This document shows positions 20,501-28,161 of a DNA stretch of 64,000 nt, piece by piece. Below the pieces are notes generated by a model, which had not been told where the DNA came from, made no database searches, and worked only from the letters and a program-made list of their open reading frames with translations. Location: the NCBI GenBank assembly GCA_963663475.2, contig CAXXJV010000001.1, positions 1,504,001 through 1,568,000 on the forward strand. The letters run 5' to 3'. The position numbers were made by a program, and so were the translations under genes. Source of the DNA: Candidatus Cloacimonadales bacterium (GTDB taxonomy: Bacteria > Cloacimonadota > Cloacimonadia > Cloacimonadales > JAFGVF01). Positions within the stretch are counted from its first letter, which is position 1. Each line of letters opens with the position of its first letter.

Positions 20501-21924
20501 TTGTTTATGACGGCCCTTTGACTAATAATCTATCTTCAGTTAGTAACTTGCAAGCAGGAAGATATTACTATTGGAGAGTTAATCTTTCTATTAATGGAAA
20601 TGAAAATGTAGCACTAGGCCAAGTATGGCGTTTTAGAACTCAATTTCCTCAATCTATTCCTGTTTCAGATTATGAAGTTGACTACCCAAATTACTATATG
20701 GAAAAAGCAACAAGAATAGCTTCGGGTTATCTAATACCTGGTGGAGAATCAGGAAATAGAGAGAAACTAATGAAAGTGAATAATGAAGGACAAGTTGTTT
20801 GGCAACATCATTATGCTATGACTAATAGTGTGTTTAAGAAAGCTATTAGATTAGATAACGGTAATTATTTAATTATCCGAAATCAAGATACTGGTTATTT
20901 ATACGGTGAAGAGACTGGTCTTAGTGAAGTCAATTCTCAAGGTGCTATTGTCTGGAATCAAAGCTATAAGTATTATGAGGGTTCTTCTTATAGCAATGAA
21001 GATGTTGATGATGGCATTATAGATTCAGCTGGAAATATACTTGTTTGTGGCTCTACTGGCTTTGGTAACTGGGACTTCCTACTAACAAAAGCTGCTAATA
21101 ACGCTAACTCTGCTATGTGGCAAAGAAGATATGGCTTAGAAGATTCACAAGAGAAATGTAATAGTATTCTTGAAGCATCAGGTGGTGGCTATGTTCTTAC
21201 AGGATATAGAGCTGGTACAGAAACTTCAACAATAGGTAATACAAGAGTTTTAGTAATAAAAGTAGATAATCAAGGTAATCCAGTCTGGGAATATGAAGAA
21301 GGATTTGGCCATTCAGGAGATGGTTATTCTTCTGAAGCTTTTAAATCACTTGAACTATCCGATGGTTCTATTCTGATTGCAGGACTTGTTTATGATGAAA
21401 CTTCTCACTTTCAAGTCAATCAATCACTATTAATTAAGATATCTGCCCAAGGGGAAAAAGTGTGGCACAAAACTTACCCAATTAAACAATTTGGTAGAGC
21501 TTTAGATTTAGCAGTAGATAATGATGAAAATATATATATAACTGGTGCTCCTGATGCTATGAAACTCGATAGCCAAGGAAATATTATCTGGATTTATGAA
21601 GATGATAATGATAATATCGGCTCTTATTTCTCAAGTGTATTTGTTACAGAAGCAGGCTTTACTATTGTTGGTGATGGTAAAATTATTATATTTGGACAAA
21701 ACACTGAAAGCCCTTTATCCAAACCATTAAATCCGGAAGTAACTATTACTGATAATCAAGTTGAACTTTCTTGGGTTAATGTTGTAGGTGCTACTTCTTA
21801 TAGAATAGAATCCTCTACAAGTCCTGATGGAGATTATAGTCTTGAAGGAAACTCTCCTACAAATAGCTGGAGTGGATCTTATTCAGGGGATAGAAAATTC
21901 TATCGAGTAAGAGCTGAAAATTAA
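17545..21924 (+). CDS. Large multidomain surface protein, probable lipoprotein (Ig-like, carboxypeptidase-regulatory-like and beta-propeller regions)
   Basis: ATG 17545 follows GAGGAG; LIITSC lipobox-like motif; SGYVTDSYTGQALEGVLV...TDANGYW; repeated K.D.QG..VW propeller blades; C-terminal FN3-like domain. Confidence 0.75.
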   Translation: MKVRNKSKILFGFMFILLTLIITSCVIEVLEVHQPELGYVNSKVITSLRADLSQNTGSGAYTLSILMPEDWSIENNQVAYNFENTQGTFYFTYNANNASTITNAQETPPGYIWWSGLSETHSPNLDKAEANVVFITGSVTTDYTLRYHVGDNSDNNLSEYQSGPKEISLVSQPQTDTLLDGRAFPTADTNPWDKHIFEVSFFSPNESIPTSAELFLDDVAYQLNLVAGSADNGKYGVDIDFISGGQHDYYFLFDNSLRYPTGNDNLSLTVNDIEIYSLPYTETFENDSPSVNHWTLAGDWEIGQAMGDNGHPETTYEGDYIAGTVLSGDGLTTVSTTNSIFTSPVYDAREEASVFLNFYHNSQINEYSNLTIRVEQVQTGINFDKDILSSQYTNGWEQKSINISDQVAGTFFRVIFQFATGSQACPGTAIDNFSIDISDFYDAEMKFAESIIVADKGSTEAFMFSLKNIGSANDNYDLEITPNPEFSYQLLEYVANDTWTPLNFNDIELTPSQEITLKLQVQVPLDTQLQEEEIILNLSSDNGIMKSQNLTTKVRPNVLTSQEFGYVMYSSDYSDLAQYDWIDSSNAILLSEGDFLSRTMLPLGFFFDYFDSVYDSIYLTPYGGVSFYNYEDYSDVEEIPGNDGVDLLIGLYFTELGLTYGGNAYYQQTTVTNQNAFILTFEDCYTLENRFDSFSAQMIILENGDIKFQYASLPEEYELGYPLVGIENYSGTDGINFQTNYNALKENYALLFSRNFVAINPQPENYFPALASTDISWETVGEFSSMKVYLKENDNQFSQADLIYNGSPTSSISNNQIPAMTINNTYYWKVVGITQETYELSSPIYQFSIAGTSQASGYVTDSYTGQALEGVLVSIMDNQGGGEFRNSSESTLTDANGYWEMDLMSNAYYLEFSKDGYTSNTGVYLNLYGDNSIDVEMDRLFAINPSPANDSFDISTNTELSWDNPAGYNYASIEISENESMENANLVYDGPLTNNLSSVSNLQAGRYYYWRVNLSINGNENVALGQVWRFRTQFPQSIPVSDYEVDYPNYYMEKATRIASGYLIPGGESGNREKLMKVNNEGQVVWQHHYAMTNSVFKKAIRLDNGNYLIIRNQDTGYLYGEETGLSEVNSQGAIVWNQSYKYYEGSSYSNEDVDDGIIDSAGNILVCGSTGFGNWDFLLTKAANNANSAMWQRRYGLEDSQEKCNSILEASGGGYVLTGYRAGTETSTIGNTRVLVIKVDNQGNPVWEYEEGFGHSGDGYSSEAFKSLELSDGSILIAGLVYDETSHFQVNQSLLIKISAQGEKVWHKTYPIKQFGRALDLAVDNDENIYITGAPDAMKLDSQGNIIWIYEDDNDNIGSYFSSVFVTEAGFTIVGDGKIIIFGQNTESPLSKPLNPEVTITDNQVELSWVNVVGATSYRIESSTSPDGDYSLEGNSPTNSWSGSYSGDRKFYRVRAEN

Positions 21925-21946
21925 GTAATTAGACTAGAAATATATC

Positions 21947-21972
21947 CAGGACTCTTGATTTCAAGAGTCCTG
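21947..21972. terminator. Hairpin downstream of the surface-protein gene
   Basis: caggactcttga-tt-tcaagagtcctg perfect inverted repeat. Confidence 0.65.
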
Positions 21973-22022
21973 TAAAATAATAATTTTATATTTGTTCGAG
22001 ATAACATACTCTTTACTATTAT

Positions 22023-22090
22023 CCCGAATAGTGCAGAAGAGCTTTGAGAATATGGTGCTATTCTCAAAGCTCTTCTGCATTATTATTAGG
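22023..22090. repeat. Short form of palindromic repeat family A
   Basis: aatagtgcagaagagctttgagaata-tggtgc-tattctcaaagctcttctgcattatt; arms match the family A termini. Confidence 0.8.
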
Positions 22091-22349
22091 TTATATAGCA
22101 TCCACTTTTTCAAAATGTCCCAGTCTTATAAGAATGGTTAAAGATAATTTCACTTTAATATTTACAAAAGCGTCCTTATAATGTGCTATAAACATACTTA
22201 TGGGTTAAATCATATTGCGTTAGATTTTTTTTGTACATAATATATTAATAAAATAATATTTGACATATTCCTATAGCTATTATATTATAGTTTTAATTAT
22301 ATAATCTAACTATTTTTGTTCAGTAAGATAAAATGTTAAGGGGGTAACT

Positions 22350-22679
22350 ATGTCGCGTTATGGTGTTTTTTTCAAGTGGATTAGTCTAGTTCTATCAATT
22401 TTGTTTTTTGTTGCTATTAATATTGATACTAAATCAATACTTGATGACGAACTAGATGTATATAAAAACATGAAAGAGAATAACCATCAAAGCCTGGAAC
22501 AAAAGGAAGCTACTGCTTATGAAGAAGTCTATGATACAAATAATGTTATGGCTAGTAAAAATAGTTCAGTTCCATTAAGTTATACTTTTGCTAAGATATT
22601 TTCGTCTTTTTTGATAATAGTTCTAGCAATAATATTAGGAATTACTGGAAGAATTTTAGCTCCGAAAAAACTTGTGTGA
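22350..22679 (+). CDS. Hypothetical membrane protein (two hydrophobic segments)
   Basis: GGGGG RBS-like site upstream; hydrophobic N- and C-terminal stretches. Confidence 0.65.
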   Translation: MSRYGVFFKWISLVLSILFFVAINIDTKSILDDELDVYKNMKENNHQSLEQKEATAYEEVYDTNNVMASKNSSVPLSYTFAKIFSSFLIIVLAIILGITGRILAPKKLV

Positions 22680-22733
22680 AGAATTACTTCTTAATAATTA
22701 AGTAATACTAAGCTTACAATAATAGGAGAATGT

Positions 22734-23024
22734 ATGCGAAAACATGCAAATAAAACAATATGGTTTGGAGTTATCCTAATTATTCTAAGAATAATTTTTT
22801 GAATATTGAGGGACCTTCGGTATAGCGAGTTCACTAAAATCTGGGATTACCTAACATTCATAAAGTTAAAGTAGAGAAGTATCAAGAGAGTGGAAGAGCA
22901 AGTGAATTAATTGAAGATGGTTTTATTGAAGCATATCCTGCAACCACTTTTCTAACTGTTAATACTGATATACTTCTTTATAGCTCTATGTTTAACATTG
23001 CTTTTTTGCTAATTGTTATTAGTT
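22734..23024 (+). pseudogene. Probable degraded small membrane-protein gene
   Basis: AGGAGA then ATG 22734 gives MRKHANKTIWFGVILIILRIIF, then TGA at 22800; a hydrophobic segment (ILLYSSMFNIAFLLIVIS*) follows further on in another frame. Confidence 0.4.
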
Positions 23025-23152
23025 AGTTTTTAAACCCATATAATGCATTATACCTTTGCGAATAGTGTACCACTAGGTTAAAACTTAGTAATCCAATACC
23101 GCGAAATACATAAATAATACGAAAAAAACAAATGGGATCAGGGTAATATTAA

Positions 23153-23989
23153 ATGTTAAATACTGGGATTTTAAAATATATAAAAAAGATATCACCTCAA
23201 GCTGTGGAGTTTCTGAAATCAATACAAACTGAGCAGATAAAAGTTCTGCATCTAGAACATTTTGGTATTGAAGAAGGATGTATTGTCTCTGCAACTGAGG
23301 ATGGTTTTGCTGTAATATATGTTTCACTACTCAATGATATAGCTCCTAAAAAAATTACTAATATTATTTTTCATGAGATAGCGAATTTTGAACAAGAAAA
23401 AGCAATATCTGAGATATGTTTAAATCTCTTTGGTGAGAACAGAGAGTTAATATCTTTAGCTAGAAAAAATAAGTTTAAAGTAGATTTTGAAGGTTATCAT
23501 ATGGAGTATTATTTATCTGAATTATTACATATAGAAGAGAAAGGATTTGCAATTCAACTCTATAAAAAAGAGATACTTCCTGAAGTTTGCCAACTCTTTG
23601 ATTGTGCCTATAATGAACTAAATAAAAACAATGGTTGGATTGGTAATTATTATCAAGATAATTCTGAGCAGTTTCATAAAAAAATTGAACATAAAAAATC
23701 TGCTAATGATCTGCAATTGTTTTGGTTACAGGAAAAGCTGATAGGAGCATTCATTCTTAGCGATAACTATATTAATGATTTAGTTGTCTTACCTGAATAT
23801 CAAAATAAAGGTTATGGTTCTTATATCCTCAAGTGTTGTCTCAACTTAATGAAAACAGATCATAACTTTTCGAGAGCGAGGTTAAGAGTAGCTGCTAGTA
23901 ATCTGAAAGCTTATAGATTATATCAAAAAATTGGATTTGAAACAATTGCATTTTGCTCAGAACATACTTTAGTTGTCTGTGCAAAATAA
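23153..23989 (+). CDS. GNAT-family N-acetyltransferase
   Basis: LVVLPEYQNKGYGS acetyl-CoA motif A; N.KAYRLYQKIGF motif B. Confidence 0.85.
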   Translation: MLNTGILKYIKKISPQAVEFLKSIQTEQIKVLHLEHFGIEEGCIVSATEDGFAVIYVSLLNDIAPKKITNIIFHEIANFEQEKAISEICLNLFGENRELISLARKNKFKVDFEGYHMEYYLSELLHIEEKGFAIQLYKKEILPEVCQLFDCAYNELNKNNGWIGNYYQDNSEQFHKKIEHKKSANDLQLFWLQEKLIGAFILSDNYINDLVVLPEYQNKGYGSYILKCCLNLMKTDHNFSRARLRVAASNLKAYRLYQKIGFETIAFCSEHTLVVCAK

Positions 23990-24041
23990 ATTATAAAAAA
24001 TATTTGGAAATAGATTAAAAAGGACTACTATATATATAAAT

Positions 24042-24056
24042 TTGGAATTATTCTAA
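24042..24056. promoter_or_regulatory. Putative PerR/Fur-type operator
   Basis: 7-1-7 palindrome TTGGAAT-T-ATTCTAA (one mismatch), 35 bp upstream of the Fur-family gene. Confidence 0.6.
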
Positions 24057-24091
24057 TATTGTTTAATAAAGTAAGGAAATAAGAGGGGAAA

Positions 24092-24511
24092 ATGAAAGAT
24101 TATACTAAAATATTAAGAGATAAAAAAATATCTCCTTCCATTCAGAGAATCAAAATACTAGAGTTTCTCGATAAGCATAGAAGTCACCCAACAGTTGATG
24201 AAATATTTACTTCTTTGATTCCTGTGATTCCTACTTTATCCAAGATGACCATCTATAATACTTTAAAAATATTTTCTGCGAAAGGATTAATTAAATCAAT
24301 TCCTAATAGCGAAAATGTTGGCCATTATGATTATAACGTTTCACCTCATTCACATTTCAAATGTAGAAAATGCAAAAAAGTCTTTGATATTGATGTGGAT
24401 CTTGGCGTAAGTATTGGTAAGGAAATTGATGGCTACAAAATCGAAGAATATAATTTAATATTAGAAGGCACTTGTAAAGAGTGTAACGATAACGATAAAG
24501 ATAAAATATAA
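24092..24511 (+). CDS. perR: Fur-family regulator, PerR-like
   Basis: HPTVDEIF, TIYNTL, HSHFKCRKC and CKEC zinc motifs; heads an oxidative-stress operon. Confidence 0.8.
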   Translation: MKDYTKILRDKKISPSIQRIKILEFLDKHRSHPTVDEIFTSLIPVIPTLSKMTIYNTLKIFSAKGLIKSIPNSENVGHYDYNVSPHSHFKCRKCKKVFDIDVDLGVSIGKEIDGYKIEEYNLILEGTCKECNDNDKDKI

Positions 24512-24554
24512 TAAAAGATAAATCAAACAATTGACTTTGTTTTGAGGAGAGTGA

Positions 24555-25730
24555 ATGAAAGCTGTAAAGATTAAAGAAAATGTATATTGGGTAGGTGGTG
24601 TAGATTGGGATTTAAGAAATTTTCATGGCTACTTAACTCAAAGAGGTTCAACTTATAATTCTTATTTGATTATTGATGAAAAAATAACTCTTATTGATGG
24701 GGTCAAACATTACTTATTCCCAGAGCTTATTGAAAGAATTTCTGAAATTGTAGATCCTGCTAAGATTGATTATATCATTCATAATCATGTGGAAATGGAT
24801 CATTCAGGTTCTTTACCAAAAATGCTTGAAGTAGCAAAAAATGCCAAGATTTTTGCTTCACCCAATGGGGAAAGAGGTCTAAAGGCTCATTATGGAAATG
24901 ACCTGCAAGTAAATGTTGTAAAAACTGGGGAAACCTTAAATATAGGAAAGAGAGAACTCTGCTTTGTGCTTACTCCAATGGTCCACTGGCCAGATAATAT
25001 GGTAACATGGAGTCCGCAAGATAAGATTCTTTTCTCCAATGATGCCTTTGGTCAACATATTGCATCTTCTGTACATTTTGATGATGAGTATCCTATGAAT
25101 ACCCTCTTTGATGAAGCTCAGAAATACTATGCTAATATTGTTCTCCCTTACGGAGTTCAAGTACAAAAGGCAATGACAACTGTTAAAGAACTACAACCAG
25201 AAGTTATTGCTCCTAGTCATGGCTTAATTTGGAGAAAGCATATTCCTCAGGTTATTGCTAAGTATGATAAATGGGCATCAAATAATGCTGATGAAAGAGC
25301 TGTAATTATCTATGATACAATGTGGGGCTCTACTCAAAAACTTGCAAACGCTATTGCTAGAGGATTTGAGCATAGTGGAGTACCTTTCCAAATGTTTAAT
25401 CTCCAGTATAATCATATTTCTGATATAATGACTGAACTAGTGGAGGCTAAATATATTTGTGTCGGCTCTCCAACCTTAAATAATAATATTCTACCTACAA
25501 ATGCTTCTTTCTTAACTTACCTTAAAGGTCTAGCACCTAAAAATAGAGTAGCTTTAGCATTTGGTTCTTATGGTTGGGGAGGACAGAGTATTGGTTTAGT
25601 AAGAGAAGATTTAGAAAAGTGTAAATTCAAAATGTGGGATGATATAAAACATCAATATATTCCATCTCCAGAATATCTAGAAAAAGTGACTGAAACAATA
25701 ATGAATAACCTAAAAGAAGAGAGGAAATAA
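24555..25730 (+). CDS. fprA: Flavodiiron protein (FprA/ROO)
   Basis: GSTYNSYLI, HVEMDHSG, HWPD, SNDAFGQH, PSHG; C-terminal flavodoxin domain (FGSYGWGG). Confidence 0.92.
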   Translation: MKAVKIKENVYWVGGVDWDLRNFHGYLTQRGSTYNSYLIIDEKITLIDGVKHYLFPELIERISEIVDPAKIDYIIHNHVEMDHSGSLPKMLEVAKNAKIFASPNGERGLKAHYGNDLQVNVVKTGETLNIGKRELCFVLTPMVHWPDNMVTWSPQDKILFSNDAFGQHIASSVHFDDEYPMNTLFDEAQKYYANIVLPYGVQVQKAMTTVKELQPEVIAPSHGLIWRKHIPQVIAKYDKWASNNADERAVIIYDTMWGSTQKLANAIARGFEHSGVPFQMFNLQYNHISDIMTELVEAKYICVGSPTLNNNILPTNASFLTYLKGLAPKNRVALAFGSYGWGGQSIGLVREDLEKCKFKMWDDIKHQYIPSPEYLEKVTETIMNNLKEERK

Positions 25731-25731
25731 A

Positions 25732-26247
25732 ATGATTAAGAAGAGATTAGTTGATGAAATTAATGAACAGATTAATAGAGAACTAAATTCTGAATATATA
25801 TACTTAGATATGGCAACATATTTTGAAAAAGAAGGCTTGACAGGTTTTGCTCAATTCTTCAAAATTCAAGTGCAAGAAGAAAGATTCCATGCTATGAAAT
25901 TTTACCAATACTTAGCTGATAGAGATGGAGACATTCTCTTAAAAGAATTGGCAAATCCTCATCATGAATATAAATCACCTATGGAAGTCTTTGAAAAAGC
26001 TTATGCTCATGAACAGTATATCACTAAATCTATAAATGATTTAATGGCTATTGCTATTGAAGAAAAAGACTATGCTACTGTTAGCTTACTTAACTGGTAT
26101 GTCGATGAGCAAGTTGAAGAAGAAGCTACAATGAGTGAAATAATTGATAAATTGAAACTTATAGAAGGTTCAGGTCGTGGACATGGCTTGATGATGTTAG
26201 ATAAAGAACTTGGTGCAAGAACATTTACACCACCAACTAATGCCTAA
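25732..26247 (+). CDS. ftnA: Non-heme ferritin
   Basis: NEQINRE..SEYIY, EERFHAMK, HEQYIT, WYVDEQVEEE. Confidence 0.9.
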   Translation: MIKKRLVDEINEQINRELNSEYIYLDMATYFEKEGLTGFAQFFKIQVQEERFHAMKFYQYLADRDGDILLKELANPHHEYKSPMEVFEKAYAHEQYITKSINDLMAIAIEEKDYATVSLLNWYVDEQVEEEATMSEIIDKLKLIEGSGRGHGLMMLDKELGARTFTPPTNA

Positions 26248-26287
26248 AAAAAGCTTAAAGCAAAAATAAATAAGGAGAAATTATACT

Positions 26288-26428
26288 ATGGAAAAATACG
26301 AATGCTTAGCATGTGGATACATTTATGATCCAGCAGAAAACAACAACGTCGCATTTGAAGATTTACCTGAAGATTGGACATGCCCTCTTTGCGGTGTTGG
26401 CAAAGATATGTTCCAAGTAAAAGAATAA
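26288..26428 (+). CDS. rub: Rubredoxin (46 aa), absent from the ORF track
   Basis: Translated by hand: [55 protein letters not shown]; two CxxCG motifs. Confidence 0.95.
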   Translation: MEKYECLACGYIYDPAENNNVAFEDLPEDWTCPLCGVGKDMFQVKE

Positions 26429-26437
26429 TTATAAGTT

Positions 26438-26466
26438 AGAAGGGTTGGAAACAACCCTTCTTTTTC
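26438..26466 (+). terminator. Intrinsic terminator inside the oxidative stress cluster
   Basis: agaagggttg-gaaa-caacccttct followed by a T-run. Confidence 0.75.
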
Positions 26467-26478
26467 AAAATACCAGAA

Positions 26479-26670
26479 ATGGATAAATACGAATGCGTTG
26501 CTTGTGGTTATGTATATGACCCCAAAGAACATCATAATATCGATTTTTCACTGCTTCCTGAAACTTTTATCTGCCCTAATTGTGGTGCTCAAATAGAAAT
26601 GTTTCAAAAAGTAGTAATTTTCGATAGAGAACATGCACCATTTGAATTTAAAAAAATTAGAGGAAAATAA
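26479..26670 (+). CDS. Second rubredoxin-like protein with a short C-terminal extension
   Basis: YECVACGYVYDP...LPETFICPNCGA. Confidence 0.85.
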   Translation: MDKYECVACGYVYDPKEHHNIDFSLLPETFICPNCGAQIEMFQKVVIFDREHAPFEFKKIRGK

Positions 26671-26683
26671 CTAAAGAGGAGTA

Positions 26684-27169
26684 ATGATGCAAAATCTATC
26701 AGTTAATGAAGTTATTGAGTTTGCTTTAAATATAGAAAGAAATGGAAAGGCATTTTATGAAAGTGCTCTTGAAAGAAGTAGTTTAGAAGATAATGCTAGA
26801 GCTTTAATCACTATGCTAAGAGATGAAGAAGTAGGGCATGAAAAGTATTTTAAAACATTAAGAGATTCAGAAGATTTAGCTGAATTAGTTGATCCTGATG
26901 GTTGGGAAATGACATCTTCCTATCTAGATTCAATAATTCAAGCTCATATCTTTAATAAAGAGGGTTCATCAATCAAGTTAGCTACTGAAGCAAAAGATAC
27001 AGCTGAGATTATTAAATTTGCTATGCAATTTGAAAAAGATACTCTTCTTTATTTCCATACACTTTATGGTGAAACTAAAGATCCTAAAGCTCAGAAAGCT
27101 ATTTTTAGAATTATCAAAGAAGAAATGAAACATCTTAAGAAACTTCAAGAAATTGAAAAGGACTTTTAA
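26684..27169 (+). CDS. Rubrerythrin/ferritin-like diiron protein
   Basis: A..IE..G..FY, DEEVGH, EKD...YF and EEMKH diiron motifs. Confidence 0.8.
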   Translation: MMQNLSVNEVIEFALNIERNGKAFYESALERSSLEDNARALITMLRDEEVGHEKYFKTLRDSEDLAELVDPDGWEMTSSYLDSIIQAHIFNKEGSSIKLATEAKDTAEIIKFAMQFEKDTLLYFHTLYGETKDPKAQKAIFRIIKEEMKHLKKLQEIEKDF

Positions 27170-27175
27170 TCAGAG

Positions 27176-27655
27176 ATGGCTGATTTATTTGAGATAAATA
27201 GTCCAGCTCCTACTTTCTCTCTACCAGATAGCCAGGGAAAGATTATCTCTAATGAGGATTACTTAGGTAAATGGTTAATACTTTATTTTTACCCAAAAGA
27301 TGATACACCAGGTTGTAGTCTTGAAGCAAATGATTTTTCTCGATTAGTTGGTGATTTTAAAGATTTAGGTGTTGAAATAGTGGGAGTTAGTAAAGATTCT
27401 ACTCAGTCACACTGTAACTTTATTGAAAAGCATAAACTAAAAATTAATTTGTTAAGCGACCTTGATTTACAAGTAATCAAAAGCTATAAAGCTTGGGGAA
27501 TCAAGAAGAATTATGGAAAAGAATATGAAGGTCTTATCCGATCAACATTCTTAATTAATCCCCAAGGTAAGCTAACTAAATATTGGTCTAATGTTAGAGC
27601 TAAAGGGCATGCAGATCGAGTATTAAAAGAAGTAAAAAAACTATTAGATAAGTAA
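27176..27655 (+). CDS. bcp: Peroxiredoxin Q/BCP
   Basis: YFYPKDDTPGC, GVSKD, RSTFLI. Confidence 0.9.
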   Translation: MADLFEINSPAPTFSLPDSQGKIISNEDYLGKWLILYFYPKDDTPGCSLEANDFSRLVGDFKDLGVEIVGVSKDSTQSHCNFIEKHKLKINLLSDLDLQVIKSYKAWGIKKNYGKEYEGLIRSTFLINPQGKLTKYWSNVRAKGHADRVLKEVKKLLDK

Positions 27656-27676
27656 CAAAAAACATAGGAGAAAGAT

Positions 27677-27931
27677 ATGCAAAAAGATTATATGATTATC
27701 TTAGTGAATGCTAGAAAAGAAGAAGCTGTTACTGTGCAAAAGATTTTAACTGAATGGGGATGTTTTATCAAGACACGTTTAGGACTTCATGGTGGTGTTT
27801 TAGATGATTGCTCTCAAAATGGGACCCTATTCTTAGAATTAGCTGGAGATAAAGAAAAACATGAAGAAATGGCTAGAAAATTAAATCTACTTAAAGGTGT
27901 TTCTGCTAAAATTATTGATATGCAAGTTTAA
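27677..27931 (+). CDS. Small ACT/NikR-C-like protein related to the TM1266 iron-only hydrogenase regulator family
   Basis: R...A..VQKILTEWGC.IKTRLGLH pattern, 84 aa. Confidence 0.55.
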   Translation: MQKDYMIILVNARKEEAVTVQKILTEWGCFIKTRLGLHGGVLDDCSQNGTLFLELAGDKEKHEEMARKLNLLKGVSAKIIDMQV

Positions 27932-28097
27932 CCCAAATAATGCAGTAGACCTTTGTGAACAGCACTATATTCTTCTGCAAAAGTAACTTCCATAATTTCT
28001 CCGAATATATAAAATATATGCGTCAAAATTCTGTAAGCTATTTTGCTAGAATAATCTGCACTCTTCACTAAAGCTCTACTACACTATCTGGATTTAA
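27928..28097. repeat. Palindromic repeat family A, full-length copy (about 170 bp)
   Basis: ttaacccaaataatgcagtagacctttgtgaa...ttcactaaagctctactacactatctggatttaa; nearly identical to 34858-35025 and 37004-37173. Confidence 0.92.
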
Positions 28098-28119
28098 ATA
28101 TTTATAATTATTTACTGAT

Positions 28120-28159
28120 ATAAAACCCGAGAAATATTAGTATTTCTCGGGTTTTTATA
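28120..28159. terminator. Bidirectional intrinsic terminator
   Basis: aaaacccgagaaata-ttag-tatttctcgggtttt between convergent genes. Confidence 0.85.
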
Positions 28160-28161
28160 AT

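Noticed and set aside
26323-26535. 70-aa minus-strand ORF in the ORF track
   Set aside because: Antisense shadow of the real rubredoxin genes on the + strand.
27952-28070. Rex operator suggested by the TTGTGAA half-site
   Set aside because: The half-sites are the arms of repeat family A, over 100 bp apart, not the 4-bp-spaced Rex palindrome.
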